The position numbers were made by a program, and so were the translations under genes. The notes under the pieces were generated by a model, which was given only the letters and a program-made list of their open reading frames with translations, was not told where the DNA came from and did no database searches. A stretch of 64,000 nt of DNA from Chiloscyllium plagiosum (lineage: Eukaryota), in assembly GCF_004010195.1 (NCBI RefSeq), contig NC_057759.1, forward strand, positions 5,052,657-5,116,656, read 5' to 3'. Shown here in pieces: positions 1 to 12,857 of this stretch; the stretch's first letter is position 1; each line of letters begins with the position of its first letter.

Positions 1-1993
1 AAAGTCAGAGTTGATGGGTTTTAGGGCCATTTTGATTATAGCTAACAGATAATGCCTCAGGCAAAAGGCTTCCACATTTTTAAAAAGAACACTTGTACAA
101 TGAAAGGGGAGTGTCCCAGTTTTCCCAGATCCGCTTTACTCTGGTTTGATTTGGGTTTTGACTGTCTGGCTATTGACTGAAAGCAGTCAGGCAGTTGAAA
201 AAGCTGCTGAACCCAAAGAGGCAGGTCCATGATGGTACTCCTCTCTCTGACATTTCTCCCGTAAGACCAAGTTTTTGATTTTACCTATTGTGTCAAGGGG
301 TATTTATGGGGATTGCTGTAAATGTTGGAAACACCAATAAGTTGGTAAAATCTGTTGCTTTTTCGGCTTTTTAAGTTATTTAGTATTCTGTTCTCTTTTG
401 TTTGAGTATCATTCGGTAATTTTGTAAATCAAACTGTTTTGTTTAAAACTACGTGGTTTGACCAACTTCATCCCTCCTGGAATATCTTTTTTACACTCAC
501 TTTCTTGAAATGTTTGGAGGGGTCTGGCCTTTTCCAGTATTGCAGTATTTATTATGTAGTTCTGATTTGGGATTTGGTTTATTGGACTTAAAGGAAGGGA
601 GTGGTAAGTATCAGCGTTTTTTGTTCTGGGTGTTGAATTCATCGGTTTAAACAGTGCTTGGATAAAGTGAGGATGGCAGAAGCTGGAGATCAGAGACAAG
701 AATGTGGTACTGGAAAAGCAAGCGGGTCAGGCAGCATCTGAAGAGTAGGAGAATCAATGTTTTGGGCATCAGCCCTTCAACAAGAAACAGTGCTTGGCAT
801 AGCAACGGCTCTTTGAATCATCAAGCGTTTTCTGGGTTTGGAAGAAGTGACTTCAGATTTTTGCAAAAAGTGATTAAGGCCAAGCTGCTGGAATTAGCAG
901 ACAAGCTGGAGCTCAACTGCCCCCTTCCATGAGGGAAAGGGCGATAATTATAGCAATAGCTCAACATTTAAATTTGCTGGAAATGCCATCAGAATCATTA
1001 GAGATGGCTAACATTCAATTGAAAATGAAGCAACTCGAGTTAGATGCAAAATTCAAGGAAAGGGCAACAGAAATGAAACAATTTGAATTACGATTAAAAG
1101 CAGAAGAAAGAGAGGAGAGAAAAACAGAGAGGAAAGGAAGAAAGAGGGAGTTTGAACTTTGGAAATTGGCACTTAGACTGGAGTTCAAAAATTCACTTCC
1201 TGAAATAATAATAACTCATGTGGAAGAGCAGAGAATTAAAACAGCAAGACTGGCATCGGAAATGGCTGATTTTTGAGTTGATCAATAAGTCAAAACTGGC
1301 CTGCCAAAATCAATTTCAATCCATGAGGGATAATAATTGTGCAGAAGAGAAATTCTCACGTGAAAAGGGAAAAGTAGATCCCGGTGAAGACCATAAGGAT
1401 GATTTACTACAGGGTAAAAAGGAAACCCTTGAAAGGGAAAGAAAAGTGAAAAAGCTCTGGTGTTCTCACTGCAATAAAGTAGGCCACATGAAATCGGTGT
1501 TGATGGGTTAGGAAAAGCACTGAGGAGCCAGATGTAGGAAAACCGGATAAGCCAGTGAATTCTGTTGGAGTGGTAACAGAGAGCACTGTGGAGGCTAGAA
1601 AGCTGCACCAGAATGTACAAGCTGGTCTGAGGTTGTTTATGGAGGAAGTGCCAGATCTTCTTAAACCATACACGGTGAAGGTAAAGTTTACTCGCATTGG
1701 CCAGGAGCAGCAGGTAAAGAGGTAACAATATTCAGAGGTGCAATGATCCTCTCAATCTGTAATGCTAAAAGATGAGGATATATGCACCTCTGAAGAACTA
1801 TTGCCAGAAAAGGTACGAGTAACAGGAATTCACATTGAAATAAGAAATGCTCAAATGTAAGACATGAGATTAGAGTATCTAGTGAAGAGTGGAGAAGTCA
1901 TGGTAGGAGTACAGAACAAACTTTCAGCTCCAGGAATACAATTTGTCCTTGCTAATGATGTTGCTAATTCACCAGTTGGAGTGCTGCCAACTG
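1..1993 (+). mobile_element. Degenerate Gypsy (Gmr1-like) LTR retrotransposon: partial LTR, gag and protease region
   Basis: 1-540 matches the reverse complement of the TG-initiated LTR ending at 61478. Broken ORFs encode a coiled-coil gag, a zinc-knuckle remnant (CSHCNKVGH) and a protease-like segment (GVQNKLSAPGIQFVLAND). The element resumes at about 5120 after a LINE insertion. Confidence 0.75.
662..784 (-). mobile_element. Short Penelope-like terminal-repeat fragment
   Basis: Same family as 60670-60901; flanked by the 13-bp direct repeat AAACAGTGCTTGG (649-661, 785-797). Confidence 0.7.
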
Positions 1994-4900
1994 TGGGGGG
2001 GTTGCGGTGGGAGATAGTGAGGAAAGAGATCAGTCTGAGACGGCTACAGTTGAGAACAGAAGTGTGTCAGGGCAGGCAGGGACAAGGTAGGACTTATAAA
2101 TTAAACTGCATTTATTTCAATGCAAGGGGCCTAACAGGGAAGGCAGATAAACTCAGGGCATGGTTCGGAATATGGGACTGGGATATCATAGCAATTACAA
2201 AAACATGGCTCAGGGATGGGCAGGACTGGCAGCTTAATGTTCCAGGATACAAATGCTACAGGGAGGATAGAAAGGGAGGCAAGACAGGAGGGGGAGTGGC
2301 ATTTTTGATAAGGGATAGCATTACAGCTGTACTGAGGTAGGATATTCCCGGAAATACATCCAGGGAAGCCATTTGGGTGAAACTGAGAAATAAGACAGGG
2401 ATGATCACCTTATTGGGATTGTATTACAGACCCAGGAGAAAGTGAGGACTGCAGATGCTGGAGATCAGAGCTGAAAATGTGTTGCTGGAAAAGCGCAGCA
2501 GGTCAGGCAGCATCCAAGGAGCAGGAGAATCGACGTTTCTTCAGGAAGAAGAGCTCATACCCGAAACGTCAATTCTCCTGCTCTTTGGATGCTGCCTGAC
2601 CTGCTGCGCTTTTCCAGCAACACATTTTCAGCTCTTGTATTATAGACCCCTCAATAGTAAGAGGGAAATTGAGAAACAAACTTGTACGGAGATCTGTTAT
2701 CTGTAAGAATAATAGGGTAATTATGATAGGGGTTTTTAACTTTCCAAACATCAACTGGGACTGCCATAGTGTTAAGGGTTTACATGGAGATGAATTTCTT
2801 AAGTGCGTACAAGACAGTTTTCTGATTCAGTATGTGGATGTACCTACTAGAGAAGGTGCAAAATTTGTGCACTTTGGGGCCAGTGACCATAATTCTATTC
2901 ATTTTAAAATAATGATGGAAAAGGATAGAAGTTGAAGTTCTAAATTGGAGAAAGGCCAATTTTGACGGTATTAGGCAAGAACTTTCGAAAATGATTGGAG
3001 GCAGATGTTTGCAGGTAAAGGGACAGCTGGAAAATGGGAAGCCTTCAGAAATGAGATAACCAGAATCCAGAGGAAGTATGTTCCTGTCAGGGTGAAAGGA
3101 AAGGCTAGTAGGAAGAGGGAATGCTGGATGACTAAAGAAATTGAGGGTTTGGTTAAGAAAAAGAAGGAAGCATATATCAGGTATAGACAGGATAGATCGA
3201 GTGAATCCTTAGAAGAGTATAAAGGAAGTAGGAGTATACTTCAGAGGGAAGTCAAAAGGGGGACATGAGATAGCTTTGGCAAATAGAATTAAGGAGAATC
3301 CAAAGAAGTTTTACAAATATATTAAGGATAAAAGAGTAAGTAGGGAGTGAATAGGGCCCCTCAAAGATCAGCAAGGTGGCCTTTGTGTGGAGTCACAAAA
3401 ATGGGTGAGATACTAAATGAATACTTTGTATCAGTATTTACTATGGAAAAGGATATGGAAGATATAGATTGTAGGGAAATAGATGGTGACATCTTGCAAA
3501 ATGTGCAGATTACAGAGGAGGAAGTGCTGGATATCTCGATATGGGTAAAGGTGGAAAAATCCCCAGGACCTGATCAGGTGTATCCGAGAACTCTGTGGGA
3601 AGCTAGAGAATTGATTGCTGGGCCTCTTACTAAGATATTTGTATCATCGTTAGTCTTAGGTGAGGTGCCTGAAGACGAGCAAACGTGGAGCCATTGTTTA
3701 AGAAGGACGATAAAGACAAGCCAGGGAACTATAGACCAGTGAGCCTGACCTCTATAGTGGGCAAGTTGTTGGAGAGAATCCTGAGGGACAGGACGTACAT
3801 GTATTTTGAAAGGCAAGGACTGATTCCCACGCACAAAGTCAACATGGCTTTGTGCGTGGGAAATCATGTCTCTCAAACTTGACTGAGTTTTTTGAACAAG
3901 TAACAAAGAGGATTGATGAGAGCAGAGCAGTAGATGTGATCTATATGGACTTCAGTAAGGCGTTCGACAAGGTTCCCCATGGAAGACTGATTAGCAAGGT
4001 TAGATCTCGTGGAACACAGGGAGAACTAGCCATTTGGATACACAATTGGCTCAAAGGTAGAAGACAGAAGGTGGTGGTGGAGGGTTGTTTTTCAGACTGA
4101 AGGCCTGTGACCAGTGGAGTGCCACAAGGATCAGTGCTGGGTCCTCTACTTTTTGTCATTTACATAAATGATTTGGTTGCGGGTGTAAGAGGTACAGTTA
4201 GTAAGTTTGCAGATGACACCAAAATTGGAGGTGCAGTGGACAGCGAAGCTGGTTACCTCAGATTACAACACAATCTTGACCAGATGGGCCAATGGGCTGA
4301 GAAGTGGCAGATGGAGTTTAATTCAGATAAATTCAAGGTGCTGCATTTTGGGAAAGCAAATCATTGCAGGACTTATACACTTAATGGTAAGATCCTAGGG
4401 AATGTTGCTGAACAAAGAGACCTTGGAGTGCAGGTTCATAGCTCCTTGAAAGTGCAGTCGCAGGTTGATAGGATAGTGAAGAAGGGGTTTGGTATGCTTT
4501 CCTTTATTGGTCAGAATATTGAGTACAGGAGTTGGGAGGTCATGTTGTGGCTGTACAGGATATTGGGTAGGGCACTGTTGGAATGCATGCAATTCTGGTC
4601 TCCTTCATAACGGAAAGTTGTGAAACTTGAAAGGGTTCAGAAAAGATTTACAAGGATGTTGCCAGGGTTGGAGGATTTGAGCAATAGGGAGAGGCTGAAC
4701 AGGCTTGGGTTGTTTTCCCTGGAGTGTCCGAGGCTGAGGGGTGACCTTATAGAGTTTTACAAAACTATGAGGGGCATGGCTAGGATAAATAGGCAAAGTC
4801 TTCTCCCTGGGATCGGGGAATCCAGAACTAGAGGGCATAGGTTTAGGGTGAGAGGGGAAAGATATAAAAGAGACATAAGTGGCAATTTTTTCATACAGAG

Positions 4901-5118
4901 GGTGGTACGTGTATGGAATGAGCTGTCAGAGGTAGTGATGGAGTCTGGTACAGTTGCAATATTTAAGAGGCATTTGGATGGATATATGAATAGGAAGAGT
5001 TTGGAGGGATATGGGCCGGGTGCTGGCTGGTGGGACAAGACTGGGTTTGGATATCTGGTCAGCATGGACATGTTGGACCGAAGGGTCTGTTTCTATGCTG
5101 TACATCTCTGTGACTCTA
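1994..5118 (+). mobile_element. Near full-length CR1-clade LINE (HER1-like) with frameshifted ORF2
   Basis: APE motifs (CIYFNARGL, DIIAITKTWL, SDHN), RT motifs ([36 protein letters not shown]) and a HER1-type 3' tail ending CTCTGTGACTCTAT. Confidence 0.92.
2434..2634. mobile_element. Fold-back Penelope-like element nested in the LINE
   Basis: Inverted arms; 15-bp TSD TTGTATTA(C/T)AGACCC at 2419-2433 and 2635-2649. Confidence 0.85.
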
Positions 5119-5450
5119 TAAGAACATTGATGGGAAATTAGCAGAGACCCAGTTTGATGAGATGTCTGAGACAATTTAGGAACAGATAGATGACAAAGCA
5201 GACTTCTTTAGCTCAGGTATTTTAACTGAGTTACAGCAGAAAGATGAAAATTTAAAGCAATTGTATCAAAAGGCATACACATAAATAATCCAAATGTGTC
5301 CCTGAATGTTATTATCTTAAAAATGTCTTAATGAGGAAATGGAGACCATCACATATTCAGGCAGATCAGAAATGGGCAGAAATTTATCAAGTTGTATTGC
5401 CAGTGCGTTAAAGAAAGGACATCTTGCGAGTAGCGCATGAGCTACCTGCA
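5119..5450 (+). mobile_element. Continuation of the Gypsy element, integrase N-terminal region
   Basis: Translates to ELQQKDENLKQLY...LMRKWRPSHIQADQKWAEIYQVVLP...ILRVAHELP; contiguous with the protease region in the paralog at 39370-40760. Confidence 0.7.
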
Positions 5451-5732
5451 TAGATTATGTGTTTGGAATTCACATTAGTTAATTGTCATCTCTGTCTGTG
5501 ACAACTATTCAGCAAAGGATTAATTCTGTCCTTCTCAGTCATACACAAACACCATGTAAATATGCTTCATCCCGGTTGGAGGATTTGAGCTATAAGCAGA
5601 GGCTGAATAGGCTGGAACTGTTTTCCCTGGAAACAGTTTCCCTTATAGAAGTTTATACAATCATAAGGCGCATGGAGAAGTGGTGGAGGCTAGTACAATT
5701 ACAACATTTAAAAGGCATCTGGGTGGGTATAA

Positions 5733-7139
5733 TGAGAAAGCCTTAAAACTTGTCCTGAAACATTTAGTCTAAATGTAATGTTGAATTATAGAACACTTGC
5801 TGCACAGGAGAAAATAAACAGGGTAGGCAGGGAGGCATCAGGCCACAAAAGGGGGAATCCAGGATGTGCAGAAGATAAAAACATCTGTTCTCACCAAGTG
5901 ATGTCAGGATGCTCAAAAGCAATTAAGAACATTTGCCCTAACATCAATGAATCTGTGTAAAAAGAACACAGTGATAACATTCACAGTTGTTAAATTGTGA
6001 AATTAATGACAGTGTTTGACTGTGATCTCAGAAACTTTGTATCATCTTAGAAGCATGTCAAAAGCCTTGTAATAAACAGTCAGGTCCTACCAATAATAGT
6101 GGGTTCTTATTACCCTTTTGTGTGTGTGTGTGTGAGAGAGAAAGAGATGCATGTTTTGAATTTATTTGCATTTTGGACTTTATGATTTTGAGTAGCCATC
6201 GCTGATTATGAAATGTAAACTCTGTAAAATATAATATTGATGACGCTTTAACTTAGCCTTCTTACAGACCATGACTGCCCCACTGTCAATTCTAACTCAT
6301 CAGATCTTCTATCTGCTTTGAATTTGAATCACAACCCTGAAAAGAAATAATGTTTAATTTGAGACTAATGAAATCATTTAAAATTCAACCTTGTGGTAAC
6401 ATTTCAGCCCTAGATATAGAATGATGCTGTATTTAAGATAAAAAGCAGGAGTCTGCTCCCAGTTTAAAAATTATTCTAAACCTAACATTGTGTCAGAATC
6501 TCTTCAATCTGTTAGGAAGCCATTTTATGGCCAAAGCTTGCCCTGCTTGCTAAGAAGCCATTTTGTAAAACAATGATATCTGACATGTGAGCTGTGCAAG
6601 GTTACCTTATGACCTCTTACACTTAGTTTAGACTGGTACCTCTTTATGATAGGGACTTACCTCACCAATCTGACTCAGCTGGATCTGTTTTTCTCACCTG
6701 ATGGATGGTTAAGGGCCTACAGGAGTGATCAGTAAAGCGCACACAGACCTGTTAATTAACTTCTCTTCCTTACAAATTATTGCCTTTCCACTGTGTCTAA
6801 TTAAGAACATGCAGTGCTTTTTGTGAAATTTTGTAAAAAGGAAGCCTGTTTGAGACAGAAGAGTGGAGTAGCCTGTGAGGGCTCTTAAAGGAAGAGCCGG
6901 TATCCTACTCTTCTAAGGTTTTAGAACCTTAGCTAGCCCGACCATTAGGTGTCAATGTTACGTTGTAACAGTGATGCTATTGGTAAATAAAGGGGAAGGC
7001 TAAAATTAAACTAAACTGTTTGTAAGAGGTTTTCATTCCAGACTACCAAAGAGTACGATCTCCATGATGAACCAAGAGAGGCTTATAGGGCTGAGTCCAC
7101 AAGGGATTCTCTGGGATGTCTCAAATCTGTACTTTAACA
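5733..7139 (+). mobile_element. Probable solo LTR of about 1.4 kb inserted in a LINE 3' tail
   Basis: TG...CA termini; splits the HER1 tail GGGTAT|ATGAATAGG; imperfect 4-bp TSD ATAA/ATAT; AATAAA near 6986; absent from the paralogous tail near 39080. Confidence 0.7.
6118..6142. repeat. (TG)n(AG)n microsatellite
   Basis: Seen directly in the sequence. Confidence 0.85.
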
Positions 7140-7810
7140 ATATGAATAGGAATGGTTTAGAGAGAGATGGGAAAAGTGGTGGCAAATGGGACTAGATTAG
7201 GTTAGGATATCTGGTCAGCATGGACTGAAGGGTCTATTTCTGTAGATCTCTATGACTCGACGACTCTTCAGTAATTCTTGCCCTGTCGGTGACCACAGTT
7301 TCCCTCCATCTCTGTATTTAACCCCAACTTCACTGATGGTTGTTGAAACAATGCAACAATGTGGCCTATTTGTCTATCTTCATTGTAACTTTGAAACTGC
7401 CCTTAATTACTGCAAATTTTAATGCAGTTCCTGAATGTCTACTTTGGATGAGGATTCAGTTTATCTATCTTCAAAGCTGTTGTGTAAACGTCAATGGGCT
7501 ACATGCCTTCTGTTTGTTAGAGGCAGCTGGTCACTCTTTGCTTTGAACGGAGGAAGTATTACAGCGTCTTAGTCCCTCAGGTGGTTTTCTGGAGGAAGAC
7601 ACAGGGACACCACCTGTAAATCAACATGAGGCTAGTCTGGTAATATTGCACTGATCATTGTCACATTGATTGCATCTTCATTAGGATGTGTGTTGATATT
7701 TCTTTAAAGCCAACAACTTAACCAGAACCACGGATCTGACTCCATTGTTTCCCTGAGCTGCTCCTTGTCTGGGGATTGTGTTTGTTTTAATGTGATTCGA
7801 TACCAATTGA

Positions 7811-7919
7811 TTTGGAGATGCCGGTGTTGGACTGGGGTGGACAATGTTAAAAATTACACATCAGGAGCTTCCAAAAAAAAACCTTGGACTTTAACCTGGT
7901 GTTGTGTGATTTTTAAATT
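7811..7919. mobile_element. Collapsed fold-back Penelope-like element (family of 10510-10710)
   Basis: 12-bp TSD GATACCAATTGA (7799-7810, 7920-7931); single unoccupied site in the paralog near 38390. Confidence 0.8.
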
Positions 7920-8195
7920 GATACCAATTGAGTGAGACCCAGAAACTGAGCAACAACTGCCCAGTGCCATGAATGGGAGTACTCAATCACCAGGATGCTT
8001 ACACAGTTCAATATTCAACTCCCCAACTACCTGTTGGAAATAGGAAAAACGGCGCTATTTCTAATGTTTTTACCAATACCCCAGTGTATGTCCTTTTATA
8101 AGAGTATCACATTCCTACAGTTGGTCCACACAACCTCAAGAAACAGCGGGAAACAGATTGAAATTAAAACAGGGTTCAGAGCATTGAAAACCACA

Positions 8196-8537
8196 GAATG
8201 ACCCACAGCAGCTTCTTCCCGCTCTGCCTCCCTCAGCAGGCCCACACACAGCCCGAGAAAGGCCTCTCTCTTCCCCCCAGCCCGCTCACTCCAAGTTCCG
8301 GGACCAGTTCCTGCTCCGCTCGGCCTCTTACAAACAGCCCCCGGTTCTCCCTGAACTCACCCCGAATCAATCCCGGTCTCCCATCCCGATGTGCTGCTGG
8401 AAGGAGCCTGCTGTTCCCTCGCTTCCCTGGGCGCTGAAAAGGTTCGGTCCCAGACACAGTTGGGGCGGGAGTGAGCTGGAGGCAGAGCTGGATGATCAAA
8501 GCCATTTCCCTGCTCTGTCTGTCACTCAGTTTCCTCT
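8196..8537 (-). promoter_or_regulatory. GC-rich promoter/first-exon-like cassette, copy A, head-to-head with H4
   Basis: Reverse complement of 36763-37055 and 20384-20650, with internal deletions; GC box; splice-donor-like GGG|GTGAGT on the minus strand. Promoter function is inferred. Confidence 0.5.
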
Positions 8538-8539
8538 CC

Positions 8540-8600
8540 GGACCCGCCCCTCACTCTCTGTCAGCTCTTTCTCAGTCAGGTCGGGTCGGGCTGTATAAAA
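8540..8600 (+). promoter_or_regulatory. H4 proximal promoter
   Basis: GC box CCCGCCCC at about 8543-8550, TCAGTCAGGTCGG resembling the H4 subtype element, TATAAAA at 8594-8600. Confidence 0.7.
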
Positions 8601-8647
8601 AAGGAAGGGGAGGCAGCTCGGCTCCCATTCGGCAGCGATTGGAGTGA

Positions 8648-8968
<321 letters not shown>

Positions 8969-9000
8969 TCAAAAAACGACCCTTTTCCAGTGAACCCAAA

Positions 9001-9040
9001 GGCTCTTTTAGGAGCCACCCAAACCCTCCAATAGAGAGCG
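9001..9040 (+). terminator. Histone 3' stem-loop and downstream element of H4
   Basis: GGCTCTTTTAGGAGCC (9001-9016), then ACCCA and purine-rich ATAGAGAGC. Confidence 0.9.
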
Positions 9041-10509
9041 GAGACCTGAGGACGGGGAAGGCAGCGCAACACTAGTGTAGTGTTGTCGGTTATTTCACAT
9101 ATGCCGTAATTTAAAATTATTTCCATTCCGAAAATGTCCTAATACCGTGTTCTGCGGTGCGGCAGAGACCATTACGAGTGGACGGTCCACTTTTTTGCTG
9201 TTTACCGTGGCCAATGCTTTTATAATTGTAAGCATTCCTACAGTGTAGCTAAGATGCTATTCGGCGAATCGAGCCAACTGTTCTGCAACCTGGTTATTTC
9301 ATGTCCGCTATCGCATCGTGACTTGTAATTGTAAGATGTTGTAGCAGCATTCTGCCCATCCAGCTTGTCCATTCGATTATGCCTGATATTTCTCCCACTT
9401 ATTCTTGTGCCTGCTCCCCGTAACCTTCGTTTCTCTCTCGTGATTACCTGTCTGTCTCAGTAATAACATCAATGTGTACTTGGCTGTCCATGTCATGAAT
9501 CGTCTTTTATTTATTGTGGAACCCAGACATTTAATGTTACAAATTGCAGTATTCGTATTTCCGACGCATAATATTCGGCTCAGTTTTGTTTCTGGGAGCC
9601 GATGGATATCTTAATGGTGCGTTCTTTCCATCTGCCCGTTCAGACAGTGATTACAAATTGTCTTCAGGCAAGTAATAATCTGGATGAAATAAAAATATCT
9701 TGATCAAGTGTGCTTCTTTAATTTTATCGGTGTACACTGTATTAGCTCGACGGGCTTTCGATTGATTCACGGCGGATACAAGTTCGGTTGCTCATCCAGA
9801 GAGAGCAGAAAGTCATCGGTGTCATTAGTATTTCTATCGGAAGTTAGTTAAAATCAAAAACCGCAGGCAGCGGCAGTGAAATTTGCAACTAACGAGACCT
9901 TCATTCAGGGATTGTGAAATTTATGAAAAAATATAGTAATAAGTGTGATTTTAACATAAAAGTTTTGGTATTGGGTTAGATATTTGTGGAAAAACCCTAT
10001 CTCCTCATTGACTCCCTTTGCGTTAACATGGCTTGTGATGAGGTGGAGGCAGGAGAAAGAGGGGGAAAATGGCGCAGAGACCAACGGCTTATTTTCAAAT
10101 TTGTAAATGCCCGCCATCACGTATAAAAGAGCAGCAAATTTTACAGAGAACACATGAGTACGTACACGTTGACTAATTTCGTAATCGAAAAAGCAACGTT
10201 CGGACAATTTCACTTTACCCATTCCCGCATTTACAGCTGAAAAATGCCTCACTGGTGTTCAATCTGCTCTCTCTCTCTCCAGAAGCAGGGGATAAAAGAC
10301 TGGATAGGAACCGAGCAGAGAATAAAGCGCAGAGGGTCAGGGACCGTTCCTTACTATATCCTGCAGCGACACTGGGTCAACCCACCTCTTCCTAATGCAC
10401 TTAAAAGGAAATGTGAATCTAATGTGAGGTCAAACGCGATCAGGGTCATTCGAAACTCATAAGATATTATAACTAAAGACAGATCATTCAGGCAGTGACC
10501 GTTCAATAA

Positions 10510-10710
10510 TTCGGAGATGCCGGTGTTGGACTGGGGTGTACAAAGTTAAAAATCACAACACCAGGTTATAGTCCAACAGGTTTAATTGGAAGCACACTAG
10601 CTTTTTGCTATAAATTCTGTTACGATCGAGCCCTCCACAATCACCTGATGAAGGAGCGTCGCTCCGAAAGCTAGTGTGCTTCCAATTAAACCTGTTATGT
10701 GATTTTTAAC
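10510..10710 (+). mobile_element. Fold-back Penelope-like element containing a hammerhead motif
   Basis: Inverted arms; 12-bp TSD ACCGTTCAATAA (10498-10509, 10711-10722). Confidence 0.85.
10642..10676 (+). ncRNA. Minimal type I hammerhead ribozyme, family A
   Basis: CAC-CUGAUGA-A-GGAGC(GUC)GCUCC-GAAA-GC-UA^-GUG: intact core, helix I CAC/GUG, palindromic AGCU at helix III. Confidence 0.8.
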
Positions 10711-10789
10711 ACCGTTCAATAAGAAATCCTGTAGTCTAGGACACTTAGAATTTATCATAAAATGCGATTATTTCTCTGCTCCCATAGAC

Positions 10790-10913
10790 ATTCAGATGAA
10801 GGGATTTTGCACGAAACATCGATGTTCCTGCTGCTCGGATGCTGCCTGAACTGCTGTGCTTTTCCAGCACTGCACTCATCTAGACTCTGGTTTCCAACAT
10901 GTGCCCTTGTTTT
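10790..10913 (+). mobile_element. Penelope-like terminal-repeat fragment with a decayed hammerhead
   Basis: CAGATGAAGGGATTTTGCACGAAACATC; 10-bp TSD TCCCATAGAC (10780-10789, 10914-10923). Confidence 0.75.
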
Positions 10914-11027
10914 TCCCATAGACCGTAACAATATCCAATTAAATGGAGCGTGGAATTTATTGATGTCCGGGACAAGGCTAGCGCTCTCCACATTAAAAGG
11001 AAAATAAATGAATCCGACGGAAAGTTT

Positions 11028-11068
11028 AGCCCCTTTCACAGCTACTGTGAGTGGCTCTTAAAAGAGCC
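11028..11068 (-). terminator. Histone 3' stem-loop and downstream element of H2A
   Basis: Minus strand GGCTCTTTTAAGAGCC (11068-11053), then ACTCA and AAAAGGGGCT. Confidence 0.92.
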
Positions 11069-11098
11069 TTTTGGCAGTCAGATCCAAGAATGTCCGCT

Positions 11099-11660
<562 letters not shown>

Positions 11661-12345
11661 AGGGCCCGGGGAGGAGGGCGGAAAGCACCCGTGCCAAATC
11701 ATCAACCGCTTTCTTTCCAATTTGAAAAGCCCGCCAATTTCCAAACAAATGTTTTACATGAAAAATAAAGTACAAAAAACTGAGGACGTTTAAAAAACAT
11801 TAATCCAATTGTTAATTTACTTTTAGTTTACGCTCCGTGTTACTGTCCCTCATTTGCCGACATCTATCTGTCCATTTCTGATTTTGAAAGTGGGTTTTTT
11901 TCGAAACCTTGCAAAGAAGCTGAAACAAACCGGGCCAAACTGAAGTCTGCAACCGGTCTTTTCACTTCACATTTCTTTAGCACACCAAACATGCTGAGAA
12001 AGTGGCACACAACGTTCTTCCGGCTTACGATCAATAGAGAACACGGATTTTAGACGATCTTTTAAAGCCGTCCTCCCTTATCGCTCTCAATCAGATTCAA
12101 CAAAAGCTCGACATTTCAGTCCGGTAGCAGTGTTGGTGTTCTCTCGGTTCAGTTTGAAAGTCTCTCTCCGACAACAGGAAGTGGGACTGAAAGACGCGGT
12201 CACTTACTTTTTTGTCTGCCGCGGGTGAATATACAAGATGAAAAATGACTCACTTGTAAAAACAAATGCATATCGCACTAAAATTAAAAACACCTCGTCC
12301 AGAATCACATGTAAGCAAAACAATCCAATCGTAAAGAATTGATTT

Positions 12346-12383
12346 AGCTCTCAGGGATGTTGTGGGTGGCTCTTAGAAGAGCC
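12346..12383 (-). terminator. Histone 3' stem-loop and downstream element of H2B
   Basis: Minus strand GGCTCTTCTAAGAGCC (12383-12368), then ACCCA and TGAGAGCT. Confidence 0.92.
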
Positions 12384-12424
12384 TTTGGGTTGTGGATGTG
12401 TGTGTCTCAGTGCAATGCGGTCCT

Positions 12425-12805
12425 TCACTTGGAGCTGGTGTACTTGGTCACCGCCTTTGTGCCCTCCGACACGGCGTGCTTGGCCAGCTCCCCGGGCAGC
12501 AGCAGCCGCACGGCGGTCTGGATCTCCCGGGAGCTGATGGTGCTGCGCTTGTTGTAATGGGCCAGGCGGGAAGCCTCCCCCGCGATGCGCTCGAAAATAT
12601 CTTTGACGAACGAGTTCATGATGCTCATGGCCTTGGAGGAGATGCCGGTGTCGGGGTGAACCTGCTTCATCACTTTGTAGATGTAGATGGCGTAACTTTC
12701 TTTCCTGGTCCTTTTCCTCTTCTTGCCGCCCTTCACTGGCGCCTTCTTGATGATTTTCTTCGCGCCCTTCTTGGAGGCTTGCTGTGCTTTCTTCTCATCA
12801 GCCAT
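12425..12805 (-). CDS. H2B: Histone H2B, replication-dependent
   Basis: 126 aa, [17 protein letters not shown]...[26 protein letters not shown]...AVTKYTSSK; ATG at 12805, downstream of the TATA box. Confidence 0.98.
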   Translation of the reverse strand: MADEKKAQQASKKGAKKIIKKAPVKGGKKRKRTRKESYAIYIYKVMKQVHPDTGISSKAMSIMNSFVKDIFERIAGEASRLAHYNKRSTISSREIQTAVRLLLPGELAKHAVSEGTKAVTKYTSSK

Positions 12806-12857
12806 AGCGTCGCTCACTTTCAGACACAGAATAAGGGAAAGCGGGCTCGGAGCTCCC

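Noticed and set aside
9905-10260. Hidden H3/H1 gene or RNA gene around TATAAAAG at about 10122 and GCGCCATTTT
   Set aside because: No histone-like translation, stem-loop or recognisable RNA structure follows.
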